This document shows, in pieces, positions 63,722-64,000 of a DNA stretch of 64,000 nt. The DNA lies in the IMG/VR virus record IMGVR_UViG_3300035703_000025, positions 32,001-96,000 of that record. One strand, written 5' to 3'. The position numbers were made by a program, and so were the translations under genes. The notes beneath the pieces were generated by a model, which saw nothing but the letters and a program-made list of their open reading frames with translations, did no database searches and was not told where the DNA came from. The stretch's first letter is position 1; every line of letters starts with the position of its first letter. Origin of the DNA: a virus.

Positions 63722-64000
63722 GCTTCCATCCCGCCACCAGCATCTTGCGGGGGATCTTGATTTAGCCAAGCCAATAGGGCCATAAGTATAACTCCAGTAG
63801 CGCCAGACGCAATGCCGACTGGAAGGCCAAGGCCGCTAAGTGCAGCAGCTAGACCTAATAACACAGCAGCACCAGCGATTACCCAAAGCACAGTTCTATT
63901 TGTTTCTGCCCACGCTGCTATTTCTGCCGCAATACTAGGACTTGAGCCTGGCTGATTTAAAGCCCAAAGATAAACGGCTGCTACTGTTGCCGCAGAGGTT
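63718..64000 (-). CDS. 3' end of a protein with a hydrophobic hairpin (partial, runs off the window)
   Basis: Manual translation ...AAWAETNRTVLWVIAGAAVLLGLAAALSGLGLPVGIASGATGVILMALLAWLNQDPPQDAGGGMEA*. Confidence 0.7.
   Translation of the reverse strand, partial: TSAATVAAVYLWALNQPGSSPSIAAEIAAWAETNRTVLWVIAGAAVLLGLAAALSGLGLPVGIASGATGVILMALLAWLNQDPPQDAGGGMEA

Noticed and set aside
1-64000. CRISPR array, diversity-generating retroelement or retron
   Set aside because: No regularly spaced repeats, cas genes, reverse transcriptase or TR/VR pair seen.
1-64000. Stop-codon reassignment
   Set aside because: Core genes are full length in the standard code, and TAA, TAG and TGA all terminate genes.

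Overview
This window is part of a large tailed dsDNA phage genome, siphovirus-like: HK97-type capsid, 1903-aa tape measure protein and no tail sheath. It has two compositionally distinct parts. (1) Positions 1-~5150 are a GC-rich, all-minus-strand early-type block. It holds small Shine-Dalgarno-led genes, tRNA-Arg(UCU), a stand-alone PolA-type exonuclease, and a ~1.3-kb ORF-poor tract (3270-4576) packed with hairpins that looks like a large structured non-coding RNA. (2) Positions ~5150-64000 are AT-rich. They hold a phage sigma factor, gmd, HNH and ERCC4 nucleases, terminase, portal, protease/scaffold, capsid and tail genes, a glycosyltransferase cluster, a Whirly-like ssDNA-binding protein, SSB, the C-terminal half of a split DnaE and a DnaQ-like exonuclease. 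Two promoter classes can be read directly from the DNA: GTGTAT (23 sites before late genes, often 8 nt before ATG) and TATAAT-like boxes 5-6 nt before start codons, both implying many leaderless mRNAs. The main novelty candidates are the large ncRNA and a dispersed family of about 12 late proteins with unrelated bodies that share a short amphipathic N-terminal leader, a putative virion cargo-targeting system. All product calls come from motif recognition by eye; no database searches or folding programs were run.
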